Shown: one piece after another, positions 16,304-24,686 of the stretch
Layout of the letters: each line of letters starts with the position of its first letter
Numbering within the stretch: position 1 is the stretch's first letter
Source: Planctomycetaceae bacterium
GTDB lineage: Bacteria; Planctomycetota; Planctomycetia; Planctomycetales; Planctomycetaceae
Direction of reading: 5' to 3'
Length of the DNA stretch: 64,000 bases
Assembly (NCBI GenBank): GCA_035949535.1
Contig: DASZIA010000650.1
Location: 45,548-109,547, forward strand
The notes under the pieces: generated by a model
What the model saw: only the letters and a program-made list of their open reading frames with translations
Databases searched by the model: none
Told to the model about the DNA's origin: nothing
Program-made: the position numbers and the translations under genes

Positions 16304-17809
16304 CTAGAAGTTATCCTGCGCGTACTTGACTGCGGCGGCCGCGTTGATCAAACCCCAACCAGTGGCTTTGTCGAAGCCCGGCACAGCCGGCTCGTTAAAC
16401 CGTTGGGGAAAGCTATGGCCGACCACCACGTCCGTTGCGGTTTTGGAGAGGGCCTCGATGACCTTTGCCGGCTCCAAGCCAGGCTTGGCGCTCAAGATGA
16501 GTCCCGACGCTCCCGCCACTTGGGGCGCAGCCGCCGACGTTCCTGAGAAGAGCGCCCACCCGTCGGTGGCGGTCGTGCCGTCCCCAGCTTCACCGCTGTC
16601 GAACGCACTTTCCTCTTGGTCCAGCTGGCAGCCTGGTTGCACGGGCAACATCAGGTACTGCGCTCGGGGCTGCATTCCTACGAGTCCGCAGACTGTTGGT
16701 ACGACGACACCGCCAAACCATGGGCTGGCGTATCCGCTAGCGTAGTCCGACGCTTGGAGATGCCCGACAGCGTCTACGAAGGCTCCGCCAGCGGCAAGCA
16801 CACCGGTAATTTGGGGTTCGATCGACAGCTGACCGTTGCCGGCCGAGAAGATCACAAGGATGCCTTTGTCGATGGCATCCTGAACCTCAAGAGCAAACGA
16901 AAGATCGCTTGGGTCGGGCTCGCTGCCGGCCGGAATTGGATAGGGCAGCTCGTAGTCGCCGCCCCAAGAATTCGTCATGATCTGTGGTGCTAAGGCTTTG
17001 CCCTTCAAAAATGCGGCTACCACGCCGACGAACTTCCCCGCATTGTCCGTGCCACGAACCGGCTGCAAGGTGGCACCTGGCGCCATTGCGAAAATGTTCG
17101 CAGATTCACCGGTGCCGTGCCCAATTGGATCCTTGCTCGGATCGGTGCCTGGGATCGCCACAAGTGGCGTGTTGACGTTATAGCCATTGGCCGTGAAATA
17201 GGGATGGCGATACCAACCGGAATCTGGCATCACGATGGTGACACCGTCACCACGGATTCCTTGTTGATGGGCGTGAGTCGCGTTCAGGAGCGTGGCCACG
17301 TCATTTGGAAGTTGGAGGTGGTATTTCGGAGAACTGAGCGGGATCGGGGACGGAAAGATCGCGTGATGCTGGCGTGGGCGCTCCAGTACGACGCCATCAA
17401 TTTTCAGCGACCGAGACTGGACCATCCCAACGCCGAACGCTTCCGGTTGACCGTGGCCAACGATGTCCAAGCAGGTAATGTATTCTCGGACCCCTTCCGT
17501 GGTGCTCATTAACGTTTCCATCGGCTTAACGGTGCCGCCCGTCAGCGATTCATACGCGCCCGATGCTCCTCGTACCGACAAACCCAAGTCACTCTCTGCA
17601 AGAATCTCGAATCCCGACTTTTCCAAATGAGTCCTGACCGAGTCAATATCACTCCGCTTGGCATGATAGGCCTTGGCAGTGCGGTGCAACTTCTTGGTAT
17701 TCTTGGCGCCGAACACCGACTCCTTTCCCTGCACGGAAACGTACCCGACAATCTTATCGGGAACTGGATTATCCGACTTCATGAGCGCGGGCAATCCAAA
17801 GTTTGCCAT
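16304..17809 (-). CDS. S8 subtilisin-family serine peptidase with N-terminal pro-domain
   Basis: Triad motifs seen: VTIVMPDSGWY, HGTGESANIFAMAPGA, NSWGG, SGTSAAAPQVAGASGLIL. The N-terminal 100 aa or so (DIDSVRTHLEKSGFEILAESDLGLSVRGASGAYESLTGG) look like an activation or inhibitor pro-domain. Confidence 0.85.
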   Translation of the reverse strand: MANFGLPALMKSDNPVPDKIVGYVSVQGKESVFGAKNTKKLHRTAKAYHAKRSDIDSVRTHLEKSGFEILAESDLGLSVRGASGAYESLTGGTVKPMETLMSTTEGVREYITCLDIVGHGQPEAFGVGMVQSRSLKIDGVVLERPRQHHAIFPSPIPLSSPKYHLQLPNDVATLLNATHAHQQGIRGDGVTIVMPDSGWYRHPYFTANGYNVNTPLVAIPGTDPSKDPIGHGTGESANIFAMAPGATLQPVRGTDNAGKFVGVVAAFLKGKALAPQIMTNSWGGDYELPYPIPAGSEPDPSDLSFALEVQDAIDKGILVIFSAGNGQLSIEPQITGVLAAGGAFVDAVGHLQASDYASGYASPWFGGVVVPTVCGLVGMQPRAQYLMLPVQPGCQLDQEESAFDSGEAGDGTTATDGWALFSGTSAAAPQVAGASGLILSAKPGLEPAKVIEALSKTATDVVVGHSFPQRFNEPAVPGFDKATGWGLINAAAAVKYAQDNF

Positions 17810-17828
17810 GACAATGCCTCACTCTGTG

Positions 17829-18089
17829 TTAGTCGTGCAACGAACGAGGTCTGACAACGCGAATGGAACGAACGGAGTCCTTCAGGAGTTCAGGAATAGG
17901 CAAGTCCCCAGTCTCAGCACCGGTGATGCCGGGTAGCAGCTTATGCAATTCTTCGACTTCTGCCGCCAATAAGAACCCGACCTTCATCGGCATTGGATCG
18001 AAACCCTGGCCACGAAGAAGGCCCTCAAGTCGGTTGCGATCGCCGCGTGGGAGGGTTTCCAGCACCAATTCTAAGTGAGCGCCACTCAT
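17829..18089 (-). CDS. small hypothetical protein, first gene of the S8 peptidase operon
   Basis: 86-aa ORF ending 19 nt before the peptidase start, on the same strand. No recognisable motif. Confidence 0.4.
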   Translation of the reverse strand: MSGAHLELVLETLPRGDRNRLEGLLRGQGFDPMPMKVGFLLAAEVEELHKLLPGITGAETGDLPIPELLKDSVRSIRVVRPRSLHD

Positions 18090-18565
18090 GTTCTGCGCCG
18101 CCGGTCAGAGGTCGGATGCTCGATCGCAGACAAGATTTTCGCACGTCACCTCGGCAAAGCCACGGTGACCTGAGCATTCGCGAGCCTACGACGTGCGGCC
18201 CTATTCCTGGCCGATTACCTCGGTGGTTTTCTTATCAATTGTCTCCAAATCCTGCTTGATCTCAGCAAGGAGCCCAGGGAAAGCCGGCGAGCTTGGCTCC
18301 AGCTTTCGCACATGCGTCTCCTTCCTCTGCTTAATTTCCAGAAGATCTTTGAGTCGCTTTTGCAGCGTTGTCGGGGCCTACCGCCAGTCCGTAGCGAAAC
18401 ATTTGGCACCGCATGAACTTCGGCTTGCCATTCGTGAGGAGGCAAATCACGGCGCCCAGGTCGGTGGATGGGAATGCCGCCACCTCACGGTAAGCGCACT
18501 GACACGATCCGAAGCATTGTCGCCCATGGGCTTCCAACAAGAATGCCAGACCAACGACTGCCAAT

Positions 18566-18588
18566 CAATAACCTAAATAGGCTATTTC
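18566..18588. repeat. 23-nt imperfect palindrome CAATAACCTAAATAGGCTATTTC, copy 1
   Basis: Its reverse complement GAAATAGCCTATTTAGGTTATTG matches 26541-26563 at 22 of 23 positions. The arms AATAGCCTA / TAGGTTATT are self-complementary at 8 of 9. Confidence 0.85.
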
Positions 18589-18594
18589 GGTTGA

Positions 18595-18945
18595 TTACTG
18601 CACCGCTTTGGCCGTCTCAATCAGCGCAGCCAGCCCAGCGAGTTTCGTCTGGGCATGCTCGACCCCGCCAGCCAGTCGAATGAATTCAAGACCAGCTTTC
18701 AGGGCCTCGTCAGCCTGCCCGTTGCCAGCCACGACACGTCCCGGCTTGCGCCGTCGCACAACCCTGCGCTTCCCCGCTCCCGCGAGCTTATAAAACGTCG
18801 ATTTGAATGTGCCCTCGTTGATCTTTGGCGCGGGATGGGCTTTCCTGATCCCCTCCAACGCATGCTTCGGCGACACGCCTCGATGGGCCTTGCGGTACTG
18901 ACGAATGACCTCGGAGAGATTAAAGCTATTTGATTTGACTGCCAT
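18595..18945 (-). CDS. basic hypothetical protein
   Basis: ORF track gives 18595..19011. I moved the start to ATG 18945, preceded by AGGAGG. The central part is Lys/Arg-rich (KRRVVRRRKPGR). No family recognised. Confidence 0.5.
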   Translation of the reverse strand: MAVKSNSFNLSEVIRQYRKAHRGVSPKHALEGIRKAHPAPKINEGTFKSTFYKLAGAGKRRVVRRRKPGRVVAGNGQADEALKAGLEFIRLAGGVEHAQTKLAGLAALIETAKAVQ

Positions 18946-19161
18946 GTAGTTGTCGCCTCCTGCAAAGACGGGACCGGAACTATAGAGTAAGGATACTTCG
19001 GTGCGGCCCACCGATCAATGGGTCGTGGCATTCAACTCAGAAACATCTCCCGCACTCTCGGACGAATCTCCCAGTTTTTGCGATTGATCACCCGAGTTTC
19101 GTTTATGTGGCCCGCCCCATGCCTGCGACGGATCATCGCGCAGTTAAAAACTTAACGGAAA

Positions 19162-19434
19162 TCAGACATCGAATTGGCGGTCGAGAAAACTACTGACGAA
19201 GGCCGCCACAGTATTGAGATGAATGGGCATGATGTTGCCGACGGCCACGAAGGTCTCCTGCGGCACCATCGCAGCTGCCGGCTGCGAGTGTGTAATTGTG
19301 CCATTGTCATCAATGATTAAGGACGCGGCCGAATCATCCTCAAGTCGATTGGCGCGAACCTTTCGATTTTCAAATCTGGCGACTATCCGTCGATTTACCG
19401 CCGTCTGTTGAAGTTCACAGTGAAAAACCGACAT
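19162..19434 (-). CDS. hypothetical protein
   Basis: 90-aa ORF in an otherwise empty interval. The composition is protein-like, with no motif. Confidence 0.3.
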   Translation of the reverse strand: MSVFHCELQQTAVNRRIVARFENRKVRANRLEDDSAASLIIDDNGTITHSQPAAAMVPQETFVAVGNIMPIHLNTVAAFVSSFLDRQFDV

Positions 19435-19649
19435 GGTGAATTCCGATTTGATGAAGGTAAGTGTCGAACGATCCGACTTCCACGCATTTTAGGCATCCTC
19501 GTTGATTGTAGGCTCACGGCAGCATCGACTTTTTGGGGACAAATCGGCACCGCAACGAGGAGCAATCTGAGCTGAGGAATTGGCCTTGCGCTTGGGAGGC
19601 GAATGTGGTAGCATTAAATTAGCATCCAATTTAGTGCGAAGGAAGAGAC

Positions 19650-19958
19650 ATGCTAAACCTCGAACACGGCATCGACTCGATGACGAATTTCAAACGTCAA
19701 ACCGCCGAATACCTGGAGCGGCTGCACAAGACCGGCGAGCCGGTCGTCCTCACAGTGAACGGCAAGGCTCAGGTGGTCGTGCAGGACGCAGCCGCCTATC
19801 AGATGCTGCTCGATGCCGCGGCGAAGGCGGAACGCGAGGAAACGGTGGCGGCGATTCGCGAGGGCCTGGCCGACGCCAAGGCCGGCCGCACCAAGCCAGC
19901 GAGGGCGGCGCTCAAAGCGCTCGCCAAGAAATACGGCATCGCCACGCCGGACAAGTAG
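19650..19958 (+). CDS. Phd/YefM-family antitoxin
   Basis: MTNFKRQTAEYLERLHKTGEPVVLTVNGKAQVVVQDAAAYQMLLD is the canonical Phd/YefM core. The stop lies 1 nt before the toxin start. Confidence 0.85.
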   Translation: MLNLEHGIDSMTNFKRQTAEYLERLHKTGEPVVLTVNGKAQVVVQDAAAYQMLLDAAAKAEREETVAAIREGLADAKAGRTKPARAALKALAKKYGIATPDK

Positions 19959-19959
19959 C

Positions 19960-20340
19960 GTGAAATATCGTGTGCGACTCACCGCCAAAGCCGAGGCGGA
20001 TGTGGACCGGGTTCTCCGCTGGTTTCACGAGGAGCGCGCGACGGCCGCCGGTGATCGTTGGTTCTCGCGGCTGATGGCCAAGATCGATACGCTCGAGGCG
20101 CACCCGGCACGCTGCGCTGTCGCGGCCGAATCCGAAGACCTAGGAGTCGAAATCCGCGAATTGCTGGTTGGAAAGCGCCACGGTGTCTATCGAATTCTGT
20201 TTCAGATCGAAGGGCGGACGGTTCAAATACTGCGAGTCTGGCACGGTGCGCGGGATCGCGTCTCACCGGAGGACCTCTGGACGTCAACGCACCGGCGTTT
20301 TCGAGGCATTGACCAATTGCCGCCGTTAAGACTGGGCTGA
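19960..20340 (+). CDS. ParE/RelE-family toxin
   Basis: This is the frame of ORF 19813..20340, with the start at GTG 19960. VKYRVRLTAKAEADVDRVLRWF..HPARCAVAAES..IRELLVGKRHGVYRILFQIEGRTVQILRVWHGARD matches the ParE/RelE pattern. Confidence 0.8.
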   Translation: MKYRVRLTAKAEADVDRVLRWFHEERATAAGDRWFSRLMAKIDTLEAHPARCAVAAESEDLGVEIRELLVGKRHGVYRILFQIEGRTVQILRVWHGARDRVSPEDLWTSTHRRFRGIDQLPPLRLG

Positions 20341-20894
20341 TTCGAGATTCAGGCGAAGCAGCGACGTCCGTTAACTGGAATCGACTTCGCAATTGCCCTC
20401 CTGGGGTCAGCCGACCAAATGCCCCGGAAATGGCTCCTGGAAGCGCGGAACACGACGGGGGCTGGAATCCAGGCTGAGAGCGGGTGTCGGTGCTCCGTGG
20501 CCCTCTAAATGCGATTCTGGGCCGGTTCGGGACGAGAGTCTGGAGCTCCGCCGCCTCGACCGCTATTGGTCCTGAACGGTGGCCACTTCTGATAAGCAAT
20601 TAAACTGGTTTCTCAATCTGCCGATCACCCGTGATTGATATTGTACGGAATGGGCCCCAACGCTGATGAGTTTGAAGTCATCGCCGTCGGTCGGTGGTTT
20701 TTTGGGCGGTCACCCGTGGCTGCAGCTCAAAAAATCCCGTACCAGAGGCGGGCCTTAGACAGTCATCGTCGGAGGGAGGTCGGGTGCGGGTGGGTTGCTT
20801 TAGTTTCGCTGCTCAACGATTTAAAAGGCGCGGCGCCCTTCGGCGGGATGGTAAGGAGTTAAGGACCTGTGCCGCGCTGGGCTGCAGGACTATT

Positions 20895-21425
20895 TCATTT
20901 ACGCCGAAAGGAGTTCTTCAAAGAGCCGGGTCCCGCAACGGCACGATTCGCTCGCATAAGCCGCTTGCACGCATCCAGTACGGCCCACGGAATCTCCTGC
21001 AGCGCGTCGGCAAGCTGAACGAAGTCAATGAAGGCATCTGGTTTCAACAACGCCCATATGCGGTCATCAAGTTGCTTCTGTGCTTCAGCGCCGCTCTCAT
21101 CCACGTCGAAACCATCCATCCAAAAGATCGCATCGTTCCAGAGAATAAAGTGACTTTGGCAGCCGGTGTCTCTCCAAACGGAGGGAAAGAGAGTAAAACC
21201 CTTGGGAGACTGATAAATTCTCCACGCCTTGGCAGTTCGGGGATCGAGGTTAAGCGTGATGACTTCTCCGCAGCCGTCTGGGCAGCGCATTACTGCGGAC
21301 CGCAATGTGCCACGCTTAACGATCGCGAGATCGCCAGGTTGTGTAACGAGCCCAATGGCGTCGCTATGAGAAGGAACAATCCCTTTCATTCGAGAACGAC
21401 GGGGACGGTTTTCGTAAGACGTCAT
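20895..21425 (-). CDS. DUF6527-like Cys/His protein (last gene of the Ubl-conjugation operon)
   Basis: MRCPDGCGEVITLNLDP..FTLFPSVWRDTGCQSHFILWNDAIFW fits my memory of the DUF6527 pattern (CP.GCG..i.lnl .. PS.. C.SHF.i..G.i.W). Its start overlaps the upstream stop as ATGA (21422-21425). Confidence 0.7.
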   Translation of the reverse strand: MTSYENRPRRSRMKGIVPSHSDAIGLVTQPGDLAIVKRGTLRSAVMRCPDGCGEVITLNLDPRTAKAWRIYQSPKGFTLFPSVWRDTGCQSHFILWNDAIFWMDGFDVDESGAEAQKQLDDRIWALLKPDAFIDFVQLADALQEIPWAVLDACKRLMRANRAVAGPGSLKNSFRRK

Positions 21426-22972
21426 GCAGCTTCCTCATGCGAAGCAATTGCGACCAACAAGCGGTAGGCGGACCAATAAGCGTAGCTACGGACTACTGCG
21501 TCGGGGGCGTCGATCTGTATCTTTGCTTCATCCTCAGGAAACATGGCCATTCGCAGCATGTACGCGGCCAGAACATAGCCGTACGCCTTTTCGTCGAGCT
21601 CGATATAATATGCCATTAATCGCAGCTGGCGGCAGGCACTCCACATCCAAGTGTGCAGACACGGCTGTTCCTGGAGCGGCGGCACGATAGAGAACTCTCC
21701 GGCCTTGAACGTGAATAAAGCGTCGATATGCCGTCGCCATTCCTTAAATCGACTTGAGTCAAGGTATCGACCGTCATCCTTCTCATTCCAGAGAGTATTT
21801 GCTTCGAGGTCGAAGCAAATCGCAATCTCGAGGGACGCAAGGTCTGCAACCAATGGACCGATGGTTGACTTGTAAAAGTCAATCATCACGGCCTCGCCAT
21901 TTTTGACACGTACGTTTTGGGTGTTGAGATCGCCGTGCACCGGTCCACGACGATACAAGTGCTTGCTCGACTCATCGAGCATACGCGTCAGCTCGGGTCC
22001 TGACAGTTTGGCCCCAAAGGGCTTGGCGGCTCTTATATAGGGCGCCTTGATTTGTGCGGGGTCCAAAATGGTTGGGAGGATGTCCGCAAGAGCGATACGT
22101 TCATCGCGGCGAAACGCCTGCTGGCGCCACCCTCTAAGAGCATCGTCAAACAATGAATGAATGATTGCTCGCGCGCCGTAGGGCTGCAAAAGGTCTGATA
22201 GAGACACGGAATCATCGACAAAGTCCCCCACCAAGATACCATCGGTCGAACCCAGCAGGCAGCGCTTAAGCTCACAGTTCGGTCTTTGGCTGAATGGGAT
22301 ATATCGGGTTACGAATCTCTCGTAAGCGTCGTACTCTTGCAGGATACGTTTGCTTCGATCAAGTTTCGCAAAATATGGAAGCGGATACGGCGCTGCCTCG
22401 CCCTCAGGAAACTCAGCATAGACCACAAGTACGCGCGCGCCTGACAATCCTTTAGTGAGCGGCTTAATCGTGATTGCCTTACAGTCGCTGAATGCCCGCT
22501 TCAGCAAAAAAAGATCGCTTGCATTCGTCGGCACCTCGCCCTTGATTTCCAGATCGGGGTTAAGTGGCGGGCCGGCAGGATGCCGTGCCGCCAGTTCAGC
22601 AAGCTCGTATCCCGGCTTTCTAAAAGAGAATTGTTTGATTGGCCTCGGAAAGTCGACGAATCTTGTGGTGACTTCAGGAAAATCAAGAATATGACTTTGG
22701 AGCAGTTTGTCTTCACCCTTCTCATTCGCATGGAGAACAACAAGCAAGCCATGGTCGGCTGCCTTTGACGCCCAGCTTTTAACGAGACCGATTGACCGAC
22801 CCTTGTGCTTACTATCGAAGCTGAATACGACGCATCGTGAAACCGACAAATCTCGATCGGAGAGTGGAGGGTTGGTTACGGTGAGGGTCAGTCGCCGGCG
22901 TGTGAACTCGGTGAGGATGGTCTTCGACGGCGCGCGGCCCAGCCAAAGGACCTGTGTGCGTTCGATGGTCAT
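21422..22972 (-). CDS. protein-kinase-like / aminoglycoside-phosphotransferase-fold protein with N-terminal alpha/beta domain
   Basis: ORF track gives 21422..23002. I prefer ATG 22972, which makes an ATGA overlap with the upstream stop. Kinase-fold landmarks seen: LTKGLSGARVLVVY (Gly loop), PYFAKLD (Lys), ILQEYDAYERF (helix C Glu), HGDLNTQNVRV (catalytic loop), VMIDFYKS (DFG-equivalent). Confidence 0.8.
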   Translation of the reverse strand: MTIERTQVLWLGRAPSKTILTEFTRRRLTLTVTNPPLSDRDLSVSRCVVFSFDSKHKGRSIGLVKSWASKAADHGLLVVLHANEKGEDKLLQSHILDFPEVTTRFVDFPRPIKQFSFRKPGYELAELAARHPAGPPLNPDLEIKGEVPTNASDLFLLKRAFSDCKAITIKPLTKGLSGARVLVVYAEFPEGEAAPYPLPYFAKLDRSKRILQEYDAYERFVTRYIPFSQRPNCELKRCLLGSTDGILVGDFVDDSVSLSDLLQPYGARAIIHSLFDDALRGWRQQAFRRDERIALADILPTILDPAQIKAPYIRAAKPFGAKLSGPELTRMLDESSKHLYRRGPVHGDLNTQNVRVKNGEAVMIDFYKSTIGPLVADLASLEIAICFDLEANTLWNEKDDGRYLDSSRFKEWRRHIDALFTFKAGEFSIVPPLQEQPCLHTWMWSACRQLRLMAYYIELDEKAYGYVLAAYMLRMAMFPEDEAKIQIDAPDAVVRSYAYWSAYRLLVAIASHEEAA

Positions 22973-24309
22973 TGGCGGCGCTGCCTTCCAGGCAAAGGCC
23001 ATTTGTTTCCGAGGCCTAACGCGCCCGAGCGAGAGCAGACTATGCAGGTGGGGTCAGCCCGGAGGGTTGCGGAACGGACGACGCCGACAATCCCATTGTA
23101 ATACTGCAGGCGCGACTCACCTGGGACGGGCGTAAAGGCGGTCATGAACATTGTGACGGCAAGTGAAGCCATGGTGCTATTCAAAGATATTACTGCAGGT
23201 TGTGGCTCGTTGTAGCCCGTTATATACGGATCAGCCGCTCGTTGGATGGCTGATTGCAATTCTCGGCGGACGGCGTCAGGATCAATGACGCCGCCGCACA
23301 CGAGGCAAGGCAGCCCCGGCGCGACCATTTGAACGCGCCCGGAAATATGCGTTATTACGCCCTGCTGGGCCACAATGCCCACGCCTAAGTCGATGAGAGG
23401 AACATAGTATTGGTATGCGAGCTGATTCAGCATTGCTCGACTGGCGTGAGAATCGGTGCATCCAAAGACGGCATCCATATCTGCCAGGGATTGCGCAACG
23501 TCGATGTCAGTTACGTCACGGCACTTGGCTGTTATTGAGGCCTCTGGGTTTATCGAGTGGATGAGCCGAGTTGCGACCGCGGTCTTACCAGTTCCAACGT
23601 CGCCAGGCATCGACCCAACAAGGCGATTCAAATTGGTTTCGTCTACGACGTCAGGATCAACGAGCGTGAACGCCGCAACTCCCAAATGAGCAAGCTGTTC
23701 AGCGACAACAGAACCTGTACCTCCAAGACCGACGATTGCGACGCGAGCACCCTGGACGGCCGCTTGACCCTTCTCGCCGAAGGCGCGGAGTTGGCGGTCC
23801 CAACGTTCGTCTAGACTAATGTTTGCGGACGGATCAAAAAGGAGATCCACCTTGGGGCCGACTTGGACGACCGTTAAAGACTCGGACGATGCAAGGCGGC
23901 GTGCCGCGCATCCATCTGGACCGATAACCAAAGCCGCATGCGGGACGTCGGGTACACGTCTGGATAGGAATTCGACGAGTCGTGTCTCCCCATCGTCGTC
24001 TACCGGGGAGAACTTAGGAGTGCCCTCAGCAAAGGGATGAGAGTGTACGAATATCACAGACAGATTTTCCTGCCGGGCTCTCTGCACAAGTGGAACAAAA
24101 AAGTCCGGGCGAAGTTGTGCTCTGGTCGTCGTCCGCACGTCATACGCCCTCTCGGGGGCGGGATGAATTTCCCGCACGAGCAAGGTCGGGCGTGTGCTGT
24201 CCGGAAATGGGGGGCCGGCGAGAAGGATCGCGCACGTTTCTTCCTCGGAGAGGAGCAGAGAACGCGCCATATCACTGTAAGTGGCGCCTGCGAACGCGAT
24301 GCGCATCAT
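22969..24309 (-). CDS. JAB/MPN metalloprotease fused to an E1-like (ThiF/MoeB/UBA) adenylyltransferase
   Basis: N-terminal part: EETCAILLAG and IFVHSHPFAEGTPKFSPVDDDGE (the JAMM H.H..S..D pattern). C-terminal part: ARVAIVGLGGTGSVVAEQLAHLGV..TLVDPDVVDETNLNRL, VFGCTDSHASRAMLN, and two CxxC pairs (PCLVCGG, CIVCS). Confidence 0.9.
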   Translation of the reverse strand: MMRIAFAGATYSDMARSLLLSEEETCAILLAGPPFPDSTRPTLLVREIHPAPERAYDVRTTTRAQLRPDFFVPLVQRARQENLSVIFVHSHPFAEGTPKFSPVDDDGETRLVEFLSRRVPDVPHAALVIGPDGCAARRLASSESLTVVQVGPKVDLLFDPSANISLDERWDRQLRAFGEKGQAAVQGARVAIVGLGGTGSVVAEQLAHLGVAAFTLVDPDVVDETNLNRLVGSMPGDVGTGKTAVATRLIHSINPEASITAKCRDVTDIDVAQSLADMDAVFGCTDSHASRAMLNQLAYQYYVPLIDLGVGIVAQQGVITHISGRVQMVAPGLPCLVCGGVIDPDAVRRELQSAIQRAADPYITGYNEPQPAVISLNSTMASLAVTMFMTAFTPVPGESRLQYYNGIVGVVRSATLRADPTCIVCSRSGALGLGNKWPLPGRQRRQ

Positions 24310-24686
24310 CGAAGTTCCTTAAGGCGTTGTTCACACACTTTCGCATAGGTGACGAGATTGTTGCGGCTGGGGTTCCATCCCTGGACGTGCCACGAGAACC
24401 ATAGGCCCGGCGCATTGACCTCGGGAATCGCCTGGAAATTGGTTGCTTGGGGTTGCCGACTAGGAGCAAGGCGCAAATCGTTATCGGCCCAGAAGCAGTC
24501 GGGCGCGGCAAACGGATAACCAACTGGGGCGACAAAGCGTATGGATGTAGTCGCTTTGTTCCAGCCATCTGGGAGCCGCACATTCTTCAGCTCTATCAAA
24601 ACCGCACCGCTTGGCAATGTGCTGGCTTCGGCGCCCTGAGGATAAACCTGGCGCAGTTCTTCCAGTTGCCGATCCAATATGTTCAT
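24306..24686 (-). CDS. prokaryotic E2 (UBC-like) protein
   Basis: 126 aa. FVAPVGYPFAAPDCFWAD holds a single conserved-looking Cys in the position expected for bacterial Prok-E2 families. There is an ATGA overlap with the E1 gene and a TAATG overlap with the Ubl gene. Confidence 0.75.
   Translation of the reverse strand: MNILDRQLEELRQVYPQGAEASTLPSGAVLIELKNVRLPDGWNKATTSIRFVAPVGYPFAAPDCFWADNDLRLAPSRQPQATNFQAIPEVNAPGLWFSWHVQGWNPSRNNLVTYAKVCEQRLKELR

Noticed and set aside
20694-21467. 257-aa plus-strand ORF covering the DUF6527-like gene.
   Set aside because: It is completely antisense to a motif-bearing gene that is translationally coupled to the operon. Its own sequence is featureless.
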